Shown piece after piece: positions 1 through 12,680 of a stretch of DNA of 64,000 bases. Below the pieces are notes generated by a model. It was not told where the DNA came from. It did not search any database and saw only the letters and a program-made list of their open reading frames with translations. A program made the translations under genes and the position numbers. The stretch's first letter is position 1. Every line of letters begins with the position of its first letter. This stretch comes from Amoebophrya sp. A120 (Eukaryota > Protista > Dinoflagellata). The DNA lies in assembly GCA_905178155.1 (NCBI GenBank), contig CAJINV010000004.1, positions 2,246,391 through 2,310,390 on the forward strand, read 5' to 3'.

Positions 1-151
1 GCCGAGAGGCAGTTTCTCATGCGGAAAAAGCATGGTAAAGATCTCACAGAATCTGTGACGCCAGGGCATGCATCACAGACCTCGCGCGTCATGCAAAACG
101 TGCATGACAAACGTTGCACTTATCTAGAACCACACATATTTGCAATGCATA
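1..151. mobile_element. Introner family A, 3' part (truncated by window start)
   Basis: Ends CACACATATTTGCAATGCATA; carries GCATSACA motifs. Confidence 0.75.
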
Positions 152-1515
152 GAAGAAGCTGCAATTCCGCCACTGCCTGGTGCTCTTCGGCTCGTTGGGC
201 GGCTTGGAAGCGGTCATGAAAGACGACTTGTTCACGAAAATTGAGTATCCTGTGCAAAAGTATCGTACTCGTATTGCAATGACGCATTACAAATCTCTTT
301 CTAAAGGTAGATCCGCATTACAAATTAAATTGCTCATGCTGAGGAAATTTGTAATGCATAATTTATACGAGTACGATATTTTTGCAGTTCATATTGAGAA
401 GGAGTACCAAATTGCCCACCCGGCGAAACGCGGGGAGAACAAGAAGAATCACGTGTGCGGGAATCCCCGGATGATCTGTATCAATCGCGTAGTAAAAACG
501 TCCTCCCCAGCACAAATTTTGCAAGAAAAAACTGTTTCACTGTGAACTTGTGATGCAGAGAACGAAACACCAAAGCGTTTGTCTCGCTACACCTGCAACA
601 CAATGGATTTTTAAGTGTGTTTTCCCTTGGGAAGCGCGCATGGCAAATTTTCGGTGTCAGGTGTAGCAAACTTGTGACGCAGATTCTGCAAAATCATCAC
701 AGTGAAACAGTTTTTTCGTGGGATAACAAACGCCCCACAGTCAATCCTTGAGAAGTCGAAATGTAGAAGTGTGCAACACAATCACAAAGAACTACCAGAA
801 GTTTATTTTTGGGAGCCAAAACGCATGACAAGTTCCTTTCTGCAGGTGCAGCGTAGCCAGGAGAGCCGCATCGCAAAGCCATCAGCTGGCACTGTTTTAT
901 AAATACGGCATCTCGACGTCAAAATCAGAAACATCACGAAAAGAAAGCCTCTCGTAAGGAGGATAGATACCTACGCATGACAAGTCTCTTTTTGTAGGTT
1001 GATGCAAAAATTCTGCATGACAACGCTGGTGAGGTGGGGGCGTTTTTACGCCGGATAACCTGCCACCACTACTTGAACACCTGTCCCTTTCAAACTTCGC
1101 GAACGATCCGAGCAGAGGAGGCACTGTTGATCACGTTAGCAAACTACGCATCGCAAATATCGATTTGGGTCTCCTGCGAAAACAAGTTGTCAGACACTTG
1201 TCATGCAATTTTTGCATAATTTGGTGCAAGATGAAATGTGGATGCACGACACAAAGCATGATAACAAATCCTCCGGCGGAGGCCTGTTCATCATACCCAG
1301 TGGTCCCCACGGGAAGCACCTCCCCGGGGGAAGCACCTCCCTCTCGTAGAGGAGGTAACCGCTGCGCATCTTTCTTTTAGGCAATGCAAATTGATTTTGC
1401 CTGTCCTCCTTCGAAGAAAACAATCCACATCTTAATTTCGTAAAATAGTTATTTTTCCGGACCCAGATCGATATTTGCATTGGATACAACTTTAGACCGC
1501 TTCTTGGACAAGTGA
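152..1515 (+). CDS. SPOUT1: SPOUT-family methyltransferase (SPOUT1/C9orf114-like), 3' exons only; gene starts before the window
   Basis: Removing introners gives KLQFRHCLVLFGSLGGLEAVMKDD...PRMICHHYLNTCPFQTSRTIRAEEALLITLANLDRFLDK*, matching the SPOUT1 motifs FRHxLVxFGxLxGLE and YxNTCPxQxSRTIRxEEA. Confidence 0.8.
246..393. mobile_element. Short introner (D-type)
   Basis: TATCCTGTGCAAAAGTATCGTACTCGTA...TACGAGTACGATATTTTTGCAGTTCATA; DR TTGAG. Confidence 0.85.
479..1057. mobile_element. Introner family C-like, containing a nested element
   Basis: GTAAAAACGTCC...GGCGTTTTTACGCCGGATA; DR ATCTG/ACCTG. Confidence 0.75.
517..725. mobile_element. Nested E-type element
   Basis: IR GAAAAAACTGTTTCACTGTGA/TCACAGTGAAACAGTTTTTTC; DR ACAAA. 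Confidence 0.8.
1145..1486. mobile_element. Introner, divergent A-like
   Basis: GCAAATATCGATTTGGGTC...GACCCAGATCGATATTTGC; DR CAAAC/CAACT. Confidence 0.75.
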
Positions 1516-2600
1516 TTTTGTTTCGTCTGTTGGCGGAACCTCTCCATTGGGGATGACGGAAGCCGTGCAAAAATACTTACCACAGCATCAGTTCTCGGCT
1601 GGTCGCGCCCGAAATCGGACGAAAAACGTCTTTAGTAAAATGCTGTTGCACAGTTTGATGGACAAAAACTTCTCGCAAAATGACCAAGAAGTTCTTGTGC
1701 TGGGCCTCGCGTGGCGTTCCGAGACAAAAGGATGTTCTGCTCCCGGGCTAGCGCACGTGTCTGTCTTTCGGCGGGTGGGGTGCTCTGTTCTCATCGTGGA
1801 AACGCCAGGGCTCATCTTTTTTTTTTTGTGCTTTTCCAAAGTTCGAGATCATGATGAAGCGAAGAGAAGCTGCTCCGAAAACTCATTTTTATCGGTTTTT
1901 TTAATCCCCGCTCTCCTGTGATACTGGTTCTCTGATAAATACCTAAAATTTACTGTTCGTATTTTCGAGAAAAGAAAAACCTCGTGTTCGGAAGTGACTG
2001 AAGGTCGGTTTTTTTATTTTCATATTCAAGCGAAGAAATTCGAATTCCAATTTCGGTTGAAACAGAAAAACAAAAGTCACAGCCTGAGGGCTTCGTGTTC
2101 GTGATCATAATTTTTATGCCAGAGCACTGAAGGTTTTCGAAAAGAAAAAGACATGCAGATTGTGTGAGTGAGTAGTAGTAACAGGAAAAATAATACACTT
2201 TGACGATGTAATGCCCTTACGGTTGTTGTAAGTATGTTGAAAAGCTTTCCACCAACGACTTATTTCCATCCCATCACGCAGGGCGATGTAAAAAAGCGAC
2301 CCCTTGTAGGAATTTTTCGTAAAGAAGTAGAAAACAAGTAGGCATAGTATGCCGGAAATGGAAGTTAGTACCAAGGAATAAACTTGAAATAAGCCGAGGA
2401 CTTCCCTCGAAGACGACCACCCCGCCAAGTTGTGAAGCTAAAGTGTACAACAACCCAGGTTACTCAGCAGAGCAATTTTTTCCCGACCACCAGGATAGGT
2501 GCTTACAACAGAACTCCTGATTATAGATTGTCATTTCCAGCACATCAGCATCGTTTCTCGTTTTCTGTGGAACATCAAAACTACCCCAGCAGAATCAATC

Positions 2601-4230
2601 ATGAGCGCCGTCGTCGGCACAAGCGTCCAGGCAGCGGCGCGACGAGTCCTCGGGCGACACGGCGCTGCGACATCGTCTCTGGTGACAGTTGGAACTGCGG
2701 GGACAAGCAGCTCTTCGTCCAGTAGTAGAGTCCGTCCTCAAGAACACGTCGCAGCCTGGTCGGCTATTGAAAACTTTTTTTCCAGAAACTACAACCCTAG
2801 AAGTTGTAGTACAACTAGTACCGCGACTAGTTGTACAAGAACCTCCTCCTCGGCCGTGGTCCACCAGCAAGAATGTTGTTCGACTGTCGTCCCCGCAGCG
2901 ACAGGCCCAGTTTCGCGGCTTTATTTCACCCCACCTACTAGAACTGGCACGACGACGAGAACCGCGACGACAAGGGCTTCGAGTTCTCGCAGCTTCGCCT
3001 CGAGTTCTAGCGAGGACCCCTGCTCCTTTGTTAATGTAGTTCCCCCAGTTGTATTAGCTGCTGCTCAGGAAGCTCATCCTATACATGAAGCTCATAATAG
3101 AACACTAGTTCGGCAGGAGCTCCTTCAGTGCGCGCTTTCTTGGGAACGAGACAGGTTAAAAACTAGGAGGGGGGTGATGAGTAGCGGCAGCAGACCCTTC
3201 TCAACAACAACGAGCACAACAACACCCCTTGCTGCGGGAGCTCCTCCGGCCGCGGCTCCATCACCTTCAGGTAGAAGTTCCGCGGGGCCCGCGCTCGGCG
3301 GCGGCGGTTCGTCGTCTACTTCCATGAAGAAAAAGCAGATTATGACGGTCACAGACAAGGCCAGCGAGCGGATCGGCGAGTTGATGGAACTCGACGCCAC
3401 CTGCAAGGGCATTCGGATCTCCCTGCGACAGCGAGGCTGCAGCGGCATGAGCTACGTCATGGACTTTCAAAAAGTACTTGTATATTCATGGTGATCTTTT
3501 TAAACCTGATGCACGACGGATGGATCAGGAGGCTGATGTGTTTCTGTTTTAGTATTACGCTGATGAAACTACAGGGAATTTCCGAACTTGCGAACCTGTA
3601 CTAGAGATATGATTTTTACTAGCTGCTGGCGCGTGCGCGGCGCTGCGGGACGGCAATAATTCAAGTTGAAGTAGAATCCGAACAAGTGCAGATGAAAATG
3701 CATTACACAATTCATGACAAATTCCATCCTGAACAATAAAGAAGTACACGACACCACAGGACGCCCCTGGGAAGTTTGACGAGGTGATCGACTTCAGTGA
3801 CGCTCTCGGCCGCGCCGGGCGGGTGGTGGTGGACGGAAAGGCGGTGCTTTTTTTGGTCGGAACGGAGATGGACTACGTGGAGGTCGAAATGGGGTCGGAA
3901 TTTGTCTTCAACAATCCCATATCAAATGCAAAAATGTCTGGGTCTGGAAGATTGGAACTTGTGATGCATGTTGCGCATCATACAAAAATCTGTGTTGCGT
4001 GACTTGCAAAAGGTGCCCATTTCTGGCCATGCTGAGTGGGCATTTCTCATGCAGAACAGGCATCACAGAGGGGCTACAGGTCCTGTGATGCTAGGCCCTG
4101 CATTCCAGACTTAGTGCAGGTTAGAGAAACTGCATGAGAAATATCGGAATCTTCCAGACCCAGACATTTTTGCATTTGATATCCCAACCAAAAGTCCAGT
4201 TGCGGCTGCGGGCAGAGCTTCAATGTGTAG
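2601..4230 (+). CDS. ISCA1: Iron-sulfur cluster assembly protein IscA/ISA1-like, with long Ser/Thr-rich N-terminal extension (likely mitochondrial)
   Basis: Exons 2601-3473, 3760-3919, 4187-4230. GT-AG intron 3474-3759; introner 3920-4181. Motifs RGCSGMSY, GTEMDYVE, FVFNNPN and CGCGQSF. Confidence 0.9.
3920..4181. mobile_element. Introner family A (in IscA)
   Basis: Perfect TIR TATCAAATGCAAAAATGTCTGGGTCTGGAAGATT; DR TCCCA. Confidence 0.95.
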
Positions 4231-4422
4231 GAGTAGACCTAGACCTACGTGCAGCAGCAGTAGCACGACGAAGACGACTGACTGCTGGGGCCGGACGTTG
4301 AGGACAAAGTTGTGTACAACGTTAGTAGTGCGAGCAGGAGGACTCAGCTCCACCCCTTCCGTCGCCCCCGATTACTTACCCGCGGTCGCCGACTTTTATT
4401 TACCCGCGGGCTTCGTGTAAGC

Positions 4423-4443
4423 AAGTAAGTAAGTAAGTAAGTA
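4423..4443 (+). repeat. (AAGT)n microsatellite
   Basis: AAGTAAGTAAGTAAGTAAGTA. Confidence 0.8.
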
Positions 4444-4673
4444 CCTAGTTGTCTTCGGGCAGCGCAGCTACTCAGCCTACTGGAGTTTCATCACCCAAGA
4501 TGGACCGACATCGCACGACATCGGGAGCACCACGGGAAGGCCGCGTCGCGTGCGTCGTGGGGCGCTTTTCTCCTGCGGGGACAGAGATCCTCGGTTGAGG
4601 AGGTGGTGAAGTAGAGAAAATCGGGTGAGCAGGCGACGGCACTGCACGTGTGTCAGCAGAAGTGTCGGAAGTC

Positions 4674-4958
4674 CTACACGCTCGGGGTCCAGTACCTCCC
4701 TGAAAATGATTTTAGTATCTTGATGCCCCCTTCAGTTCTTCACCCCGCCCACGACGGACCTGCTGGATGGTCACAGCGAGCACGATGTTGACCCTATAAA
4801 CGTAGGAACAGCGATCGCGATTATATTCATGTTGTAGTAGACTGTCTGGTGGTGTGGGCTAGTAGTGCTGCGACAGAAGATGAACAAACGACAAGGATTT
4901 AAATTGAATTCTCTTCACCTAATACGGTCACACGAGGACGATACGACGCCGACAGTTC
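4674..4958 (+). repeat. Diverged copy of 10389-10736 (3' end and UTR of the 6104-10421 gene)
   Basis: Colinear shared blocks CTACACGCTCGGG, GTCACAGCGAGCAC, TTGACCCTATAA, GGAACAGCGATCGCGAT, GGTCACACGAGGACGATAC. Confidence 0.85.
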
Positions 4959-5542
4959 ACACAGGACAATACGACTTTCGTTTTGCTTCGCAAAACGAAA
5001 AGCGCAGCGATTGATTGCCGTATCGCCTGACCGGTGGCGGAGTTCATAACGTTCCCCAGTTGTACGGTGGAAGAGGATAAATCTATCGCGATCTAAAGAC
5101 TATGCTGTTCGCTCGTCTCGCTCTTTTAGCTGCCGTGAGTGTCGAGTGTGAGATGTCGCGTAGTCGGAACTGTCCCCTGCACGGAGTGAAATTGTGTCCG
5201 TAAAAACATGAGGATGATCGTAATTTTGTGTAAAACGATAGTCACAACAAGACCTTGTTTGCCATCGTTGAAGCCTGCTCCTGAGGGCTTCCGAGAGTCA
5301 AAATGTCAAAATCCTTTGTGCGATTTGAACACGACGTTTTCGATAAAATGAAAATTCCAGATCGAGCATCGACGACGTGATCGTGTCGTTAGATTTCTTT
5401 GTTATTTTGTATCGTAACTGTGTTTATTATTACGCGAAGAGTTGTGACGACTAAGTGCGACTATGGACACACGATTTTGCCAAACAGGTCGCGCAAGTCC
5501 CCCAAGAGCATCATCAATCGTGAAAATTTAGGTTTTTATGTG

Positions 5543-5632
5543 CGTAACCCTTGGTTGGAGGAAAGCGTAAAGTGACGTCACCCTTGGTCGTTGTAAGAAA
5601 ACGTAAATTGACGTCACCCTTGGTTGGAGGAA
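5543..5632 (+). repeat. Imperfect tandem repeat (~33-36 bp, x3) containing TGACGTCA palindromes
   Basis: Unit approximately ACGTCACCCTTGGTTGGAGGAAAGCGTAAAGTG. Confidence 0.8.
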
Positions 5633-6103
5633 GAGCAAATTAGTATCCTCTCGGACAGTACGACCACGCCCAGCCCTTCGCTCCTGCAACAGAACGACTG
5701 CGACGTGCAGCCTATGTGGTTCCGCAGGTGGCCGTGGCACGAGCGGCTGGTTACTGCTTAGTAGGGAGACAACATGAACATAATCTCCACCGCTGCAGCT
5801 AATAATATTCCACCCGAGGATGGTCCTCTGTGTGGTCTTCTCGGCGAGGAGGTCGACACATCTCCTTCTCCTTTTTAGTAGGAAGACAACTACACGGCAC
5901 ACTTCTGTGTCTCCTTAGTAGCCGACACATCTTCGCGGCGTTACTTAGTAGGAAGACAACTACATCAACACCTCCTTCTCCACCGGTGCAGCTAATCTGG
6001 TAACCAAAGCGTGCGCGGTAGGCTTCGCGCTGATTGGGGCGGTTCGCACGCATTTGGTTACCAATATCGCCCTCCGGGCGCGACCTCAATATTCCACCCG
6101 AGG

Positions 6104-9100
6104 ATGGTCCTCTGTGTCTTCTCGGCGAGGAGGTCGACGGCAACGTTCTTTCCCCGCACTGCCGGGGGCACCAGCTGCACCGCAGTCGTTGTTGCACGGC
6201 GCTTCTGTAGTTCACTCCTTCTTTTCTTGTTCCTCGGAACTACGCAGAAGGTGCTACTGTTTACCAGAGCGACCACTACTTTCCGGGACGAAGGAAGTAC
6301 AAGTAGCCGAAGCGACGCGCAGGCCGGCAAGAAAACGACAACCACCACGAGGACACACGACGAACACGAAGAGCAGAAGCTGCCAAGAACTCGTGGGCGG
6401 CCCACAACAGCCCCGGTGGCCGATGACTTTTTTGACGATGATGTTCGTGCAGGCGACGAGAAAAACGTGAAAACTCGTGCGCGTGCAAGTTCTTACACAA
6501 CTTATCTGCACGGAGATGCCGTCTTCGACATCGAAGAATATGCATTGCAAATATGTCTGGGTCTGGAACAATGATGCGAACTTGTCATGCGCATTTCAAA
6601 TCGCACGAAGAATCTGTCATGCGCGGACAGCAAAAGTGGCCGACTTTGATGTGTCACCGAAATAAGAGGGGAAGGATCAGGCATTGAGATACCTTCTCAA
6701 GACCTGTAATGCCAGGGCCTCCAACATGCGGACATTTTGTGTCACGGGAAAACAGCATGACAAACTTCTACGGTCTTCCAGACCCACACATATTTGCATT
6801 TGATAAAGAAAGCAGGACACCCATCAAGCATGCCGCTACGCCAGCAGCGTCCGGGCGCGCCGCTCTTGAAGTTGGAGCAGCAGGTACTGGAGGCATAGAA
6901 GATGCTTATCAAAGGCAAAAATGTCTGGGTCTGGAAACTTGTGATGCAAGGAAGGGAATATTCAATATTGAGCACACTGTAATGCGCAGCACCCCAGCAT
7001 GACAAGTTTTTCCGTGGTTCAGAGTTGCGTACCCCGCATGAGAAGCTGCGTTTTTGCATGACAGACAAGAGGACCTCTTCGCGGGCACGCAATACAGAGT
7101 TTAGAGTCATGCCAGACTAGCATGACAAATCTCGCAATCTCCCAGACCCAGACATATTTGCAGTTCATAATGCTCCAGGAAGAACAACCTCCGCCGTGGA
7201 CGAGGAAGGGGAAGATGAGATTCTCGAAAAGCGTGCTGATGAAGGTGCCGACGTCCTCACGTCTGAGCACCCGGAACATGATGCGCAGCAAGAAGCGAAG
7301 CCGGAGATGATGAAGCAAGAGCGGTCTGCTCTACTTGAGGGCGAACGTGTAGTTGTTAAAAACACCCAGCATCACCATCCGAATCTCCGGGGCGGTAGAC
7401 CTGCAAGTAGTGGTAGCAGCTTAGCAACATCGTCAAGGGCGGAGGTCACATCAAGTTCTATGGTAGCGCTACAAGAGGTAGTAGTGCGGCAGATTGATGA
7501 AGAAAAATCTTCTTTCCTGAATTCAACGGCGTCATCAAAATCGTCGGCAGAAGGTGAAAAAAGCGATGAACTTTTTAAGTCGTCGGACTTTGTGCAAAAG
7601 ACTGCTGGATCCGTCGTGAACACCCGCTTGAGCAGCTCCGGAGAGACGACCAAGATGAAAGCAAAAGAAAAAGAACAGCTACTACACCAAGAAAAACAAC
7701 AGCAGCGTACAACGGTGCAAGTCGGAGACCTGCTAGGATGTGTGTGCAGTGCGGGAGGACCTTCGTTCTCTTTGCCCGAGGCCTTCCTCCGCCATAATCC
7801 GTGGGCGCGTGTTGAACCGGTTTGCAAGCCGCCGGCCTTCTGCCCCATATTTGGGCGACCCTACTACGTCCCGTGGAACGCTCCAGTCTCCCTCGTGGAC
7901 CAGTTTGGCAAAAGCGCAGGGTTATTGAAAGCCGCGAAAGATAACAATGGCCTGTTCACGTCGCTCAACAGTCTACTATCACGATATCTCCTCGGACTAG
8001 AAGAAGAACCCCCGAGAACGGGCGGCCGCTCGCCTGGTGGTGTTGAAGCCGCCGCACAATCATCCCCGAGAAATAAAGTAGCAACTACCTGGCGACAACG
8101 CGCGCAGGCGCTGGTCGAGGCCGCGCAGTCTCGAATCTTCTCGACTCCTACAGATGTCGTGGACGGACATGTGGAGCAGTTATTTCGAGAGCTTGATGCG
8201 GAGTTCGACGCGGAAGTATCAAATGCAAAAATGTCTGGGTCTGGAAGGATGCAAGGTTTGTCATGCACGGTTTGCATGACTCCTGATGTCTGCGATGCAT
8301 GCCCTAGCATCACAGATCTTGTGAGGGCTTTCTGATGGTGCCTATACCGTATGAGAAATGCCCTCTCGCCGGGGCCAAAACCAGACCTCTTTTGCTGTTC
8401 ATGCAATACAGATTTTTGGATAATGCAGACGCAGCATGACAAGTTGCATTCTTCCAGACCCAGACATTTTTACAGTTGATAGGAAGAGGGGTTAGACGAT
8501 GGACTCGACGTGGTTGACCCGAGGCTGCTTGAAAACCCCCCGCCCGGAGCTTTGGTCAGCCCGGTTGCCGCGGTCTTTGACTTGGACGAGGTGGATTCCG
8601 ACGGGAGGGGAACGGGGCTGCGTGGCCGCTGGGACTCGCCGACCAACGCGGACCCGTTTCTGCTCCGCTTCACTCCAGACCTCGACGTCCCGCACTCGCA
8701 CTACAGAATGTCCAGAGTCACGCAGTTCTCGGAGTTGTTCCCGCACGACGTCTACCAAGTGCAAAAATGTCTGGGTCTGGAAGAATGCAACTTGTGATGC
8801 TGCATTTGGATTCCAAGAAAATTTGTATTGCATGAGTACCAAAGGGAATGCAGTTTTTGCTACGGCGCTGAGAAGACATTTGTCATGCGGAATAGGCACC
8901 AAGAAGGCCTCAAAACATCTGTATTGCTAGGGTATGCATCACAGACATCATGGCTCATGCAAAACGTGCATGACAAGTGTCAGAATCTTCCAGACCCAGA
9001 CATTTTTACAGTTGATAACGTCGCACAGCGCACCCCCAGAAGATCACCTCCCGCCGCGGAACAAGCGGACCCTGGAAAAGGAAATTTGCATTCCCGTAGA

Positions 9101-10421
9101 GATAATAAATCGAAGCATCGAAGCATGCTTGACGTATCATTTTCAAGTGATATTACGGCATATGGTGACGTTTTTGTGTATTTTTTATTGCAAGGAAAAA
9201 TCCCCCCGTCCCATATCAAAACGAAATTTCTGATGCTGGATTTGTGTACACAGACCAGCTGCAGGAAGGCACTCTTGCGGCCAGATCCCCAGGCTAGGTA
9301 GGGGCGTATGAGTCTAGTTCTTCAGCATGGCAGACGGCTCCCCTTTAAGCCCGCCAGCGTGGCAAATCGCTTCCCTAATGGGGCGGAAGCTTCTGCCCTT
9401 GTCGTCTTCCAAGACACACTTGATTTGTGGCCTCAAATCAGGAGCACAAATTTTCGGAAACATAGGTTTTCAATATGGGGAGGGGGGATTTTCCATTTTG
9501 ATACTTTTCCAGTATTATTTCCGCATGGGATTTTGCGACTTCTGCAGATCGAGCTGTCTTCGAGGCGCCGCCACGGCTTCACAACATGTGCTATCCCACG
9601 AAAAGAGTGTAGTTTCACTGTAAGGATTTTGCAAGTTGTTTTGCATGAGAAGTTTGATGTTCTACATGGCGAAGAAAATTTGCCATGCGAGGTTGTTCCT
9701 AAGGGAAATAAACACAACTATAGAATCAATTCCCTGTCTTGCATGTGTAGTAGCACGACAAACACTTCTATAGATGCATTACAAGTTTACCCTGAAGTAA
9801 CAGTTTTTTCCTGCGATATGTGTGTTGAGTCGTGTATTCTGTACATGTACGAATACGTGACCGGGGGGGACGCGCCGGAAGACAAGAAAACAGATGATCC
9901 TGCCTATCAAAAAGAAAAATCCCCCTCCCCCATATCGAAAACGAAATTTGTGATGCAGTATTTGAGTACAGTCTGACTCATGATCAGTATTCTTGATCAT
10001 GCTTACAGTACACAAATTGTCTTGCTGGAGAGGACTGCAGACCCATATCAAGCCTGAGGAGAGAGGCTTTGACTTAGGCGCTTAGCATGAAAAGCGTCCG
10101 TGATGTTGGCTCAACAGCATGACAAACCGGCTCCATAATGGGACGGAAGCTGCTGCCCTTGTCTTCTTGCAACACAAACGTGATTTGTGACCTCAAATCA
10201 GTAACACAAATTTTCGAAAGCCTACCTCTTCAATATGGGGAGGGGGGATTTTTCCTTGCGATACTGCCATGGTGCGCGCGCTCCTCCGGGTACATGGAGC
10301 GCTCGTGCGGTACGCCGAAGATCCTGAGTCTCCCGGCGCCGTCTCCAAAGTGGGGTTTTTTGGCGACCCAGACGCTGTGGCGGCAGTTCTACACGCTCGG
10401 GAGCCAGGAGCAGCTCCCTGA
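6104..10421 (+). CDS. Hypothetical multi-exon protein with hydrophobic N-terminal segment
   Basis: One continuous frame after removing 6 exonic introners (+5 nt each) and one conventional intron (~9081/9096-9547); stop TGA at 10419-10421. No recognised domain. Confidence 0.6.
6539..6805. mobile_element. Introner family A
   Basis: A-type TIR; DR AAGAA. Confidence 0.9.
6907..7169. mobile_element. Introner family A
   Basis: A-type TIR; DR ATGCT. Confidence 0.9.
8217..8481. mobile_element. Introner family A
   Basis: A-type TIR; DR GGAAG. Confidence 0.9.
8753..9017. mobile_element. Introner family A
   Basis: A-type TIR; DR ACGTC. Confidence 0.9.
9186..9503. mobile_element. Family B element inside a conventional intron
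   Basis: GGAAAAATCCCCCCGTCCCATAT...ATATGGGGAGGGGGGATTTTCC; DR TTTTT/CTTTT. Confidence 0.85.
9592..9818. mobile_element. Introner E-type
   Basis: TATCCCACGAAAA...TTTTTTCCTGCGATA; DR TGTGC/TGTGT. Confidence 0.75.
9905..10263. mobile_element. Introner family B
   Basis: TIR core AAAAATCCCCCTCCCCATAT; DR CTGCC. Confidence 0.9.
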
Positions 10422-10890
10422 AGTTGATTTTAGGATGATCTTGGTGTCCTCTTCACCCCCACGACACGCCTGCCGGATAGTAGTCACAGCGAGCACAATG
10501 TTGAGGTTGACCCTATAACCGTGGGAACAGCGATCGCGATAGTCATGTTGTAGCAGACTGGTGGTGTGTAGCTGTACTACTGCGACACACGATGAATAAA
10601 CAATTAAAAAAAAAAATGAAAAAAAACTTAAAAAAGTCCAAAAAAATCAAGATACTTGTAAAAAAAACCCACGACAAGGATTCAGATGCGCTTCAACTAA
10701 TATGGTCACACGAGGACGATACCCCGCCGACACTTCGCGGATCTTTCTTATACTAACTGCATGCAAGGATGAGGGGAAAGCGCCCTTGTCACCTATACAG
10801 CTTTTCTTTGCTGTTCTTGTGCACGAGATGCAATAGAAATACTTGAATGCAAGGTCCATTTTGATGTATCTCACTGCCCGTCGTTTTCAG

Positions 10891-11966
10891 GCAATGGTCT
10901 TCGGTGAGTTTTTTGCTGGGATCATGGTGCAAGCGAAGCATCGTTTATTGCGCAGTAACCAGTCTCGGACTAGAGCTGTTGCTAGCATGCTCCTCAGATC
11001 AATGAGATCCATGAACTAGGTCACAGAACACCGGTAGGTGTAGGATGTAAATACAGGGGTCACACTAGTAGGATCACAGGGATCACACACAGGACACCAC
11101 TAGAGTGGTGAGGATGACACCAATGGAATCATGTGAAACATGTACACAGTGCCAGAATGGCTTCTGGTCTTCGGGCCAGTAGCTGTAAGAATCAATTGCC
11201 CTGGAACTCCGTAGTACCTACTAGGTAGGTGCTTAGATAGTAACTCTGTTCTCTATCTTAGGACAGCGTGCTAGTTAGCATGCCTCGTCCCTGACGCTTG
11301 ACACGTCCACAGAGTTATGAGCCCAAGGAGTTCCCCTATTGGGAACGGGTAAGCACTACAAGCCACCCCCACCTATCCCTGCATAAGAGTAGGGAATGAG
11401 CTCCCCACGAAGTTGTGAAGTTGTGAAGAAATCCCAAGGCGTTGCTTCTCAAGCTGGTAGGCTTTGACAAAAGGCAATAAAAGGCTACGCCCGGCTCTGA
11501 CGACCTGGGTTTTCCCAAGGTGTCGAGCCTGGTCGCATCTTCGTCGTTAAGATGTTGATGAAGGAACCGCCCCCCTCTGCTGATAGATGAAATTCCCGTC
11601 CTTATTCGCGATGGGAGCATCGCTTTCCGTTGAATTCCATGCAGTGTCTGCATTCGGCCTTACCTGTGCTGGGAGTGTAAGCAATCGGTATAGAAATCTG
11701 AACGAATTGAATATGTGACAACCTTCCCCAGCTCGCGATGTATTTCCGAGCGGTATAGAGTGCGTTTAAGCAAGTAAAGGCAGTCGGCCTAGACTGGGGC
11801 CCAGTGGCCGCATTCCTTTGAGTCTGATCCCGGTGGCATACTTGGGATCGAAATCGATTGAGATTTTGTAGTAGGCGTAGCGGACAGAGTGGGCGTTATT
11901 TTGCCAGCGCAGCAATGGTCTTCGGTGAGTTTTTTGCTGGGATCAGGGTGCAAGCGAATCATCGTT
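10891..11966 (+). repeat. 55-bp direct repeat pair (10891-10945, 11912-11966) bracketing ~970 bp
   Basis: GCAATGGTCTTCGGTGAGTTTTTTGCTGGGATCAKGGTGCAAGCGAAKCATCGTT, 2 mismatches. Confidence 0.9.
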
Positions 11967-12680
11967 GTTTTTACGCTGGATCGAGGGAGATATGTATCAT
12001 CCTCTGTGTGGGAAACAGCGATCGTCTGTTCTGTCGTAATTGTTCTTTCGAGGAGAGAACGAGTCTTTTTTTCTTGATTGTCGTGATGTTTTTTCTTGCA
12101 CATAAGCAACAAACAGGAAAGAGGACCCATTTTGCAGCGTCGGTGAGGTTTTTTGGTTTCTTTCTTGTTGTTTTAAAGATAAAAATCATCAATTTCGGTG
12201 GTTTCGATGCCACGACGTTGTATAAAAAATCGTCGTCACTCTGTTCTGGAACATTCAAATTCAGTGAATATAGGTGCAAGTCGTTTTATTTCGAAAACAC
12301 GCTTGGTTTATTTGCTGCAGTCGTGGCATAGCTCTCTCCTTCGTACAGTAGCACGGAATGATCGTGGATATCTGATAGTCGTCTGTTGATTCGTTTTATT
12401 TCGCGTTTCCTCTTTGCGGTTATGGTTTCTGACAAACAAAATTTTCCACCCGTCGTGTAATTGATCCGCGTTTAGACCTCTTCTATTCGTAATACAATAG
12501 CCCACGCAGTTACTAGTCAACCTGAGTCACATATTTGCTTATGAACACCTGCGCGCCCCGCACGCGCACGCGCAAAGGGAAACTACCAGTAGTACAACTC
12601 GTTTACTGAACCCGCAGCATTTATTTGAGAAGTCCTTTGTCTACCAATCGAAGTGCAGATTTTCGAAAGACATCAAAAAG

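Noticed and set aside
5573-5616. TGACGTCA (CRE-like) sites as a promoter
   Set aside because: They arise within a tandem duplication and nothing supports a function; kept only as a repeat.
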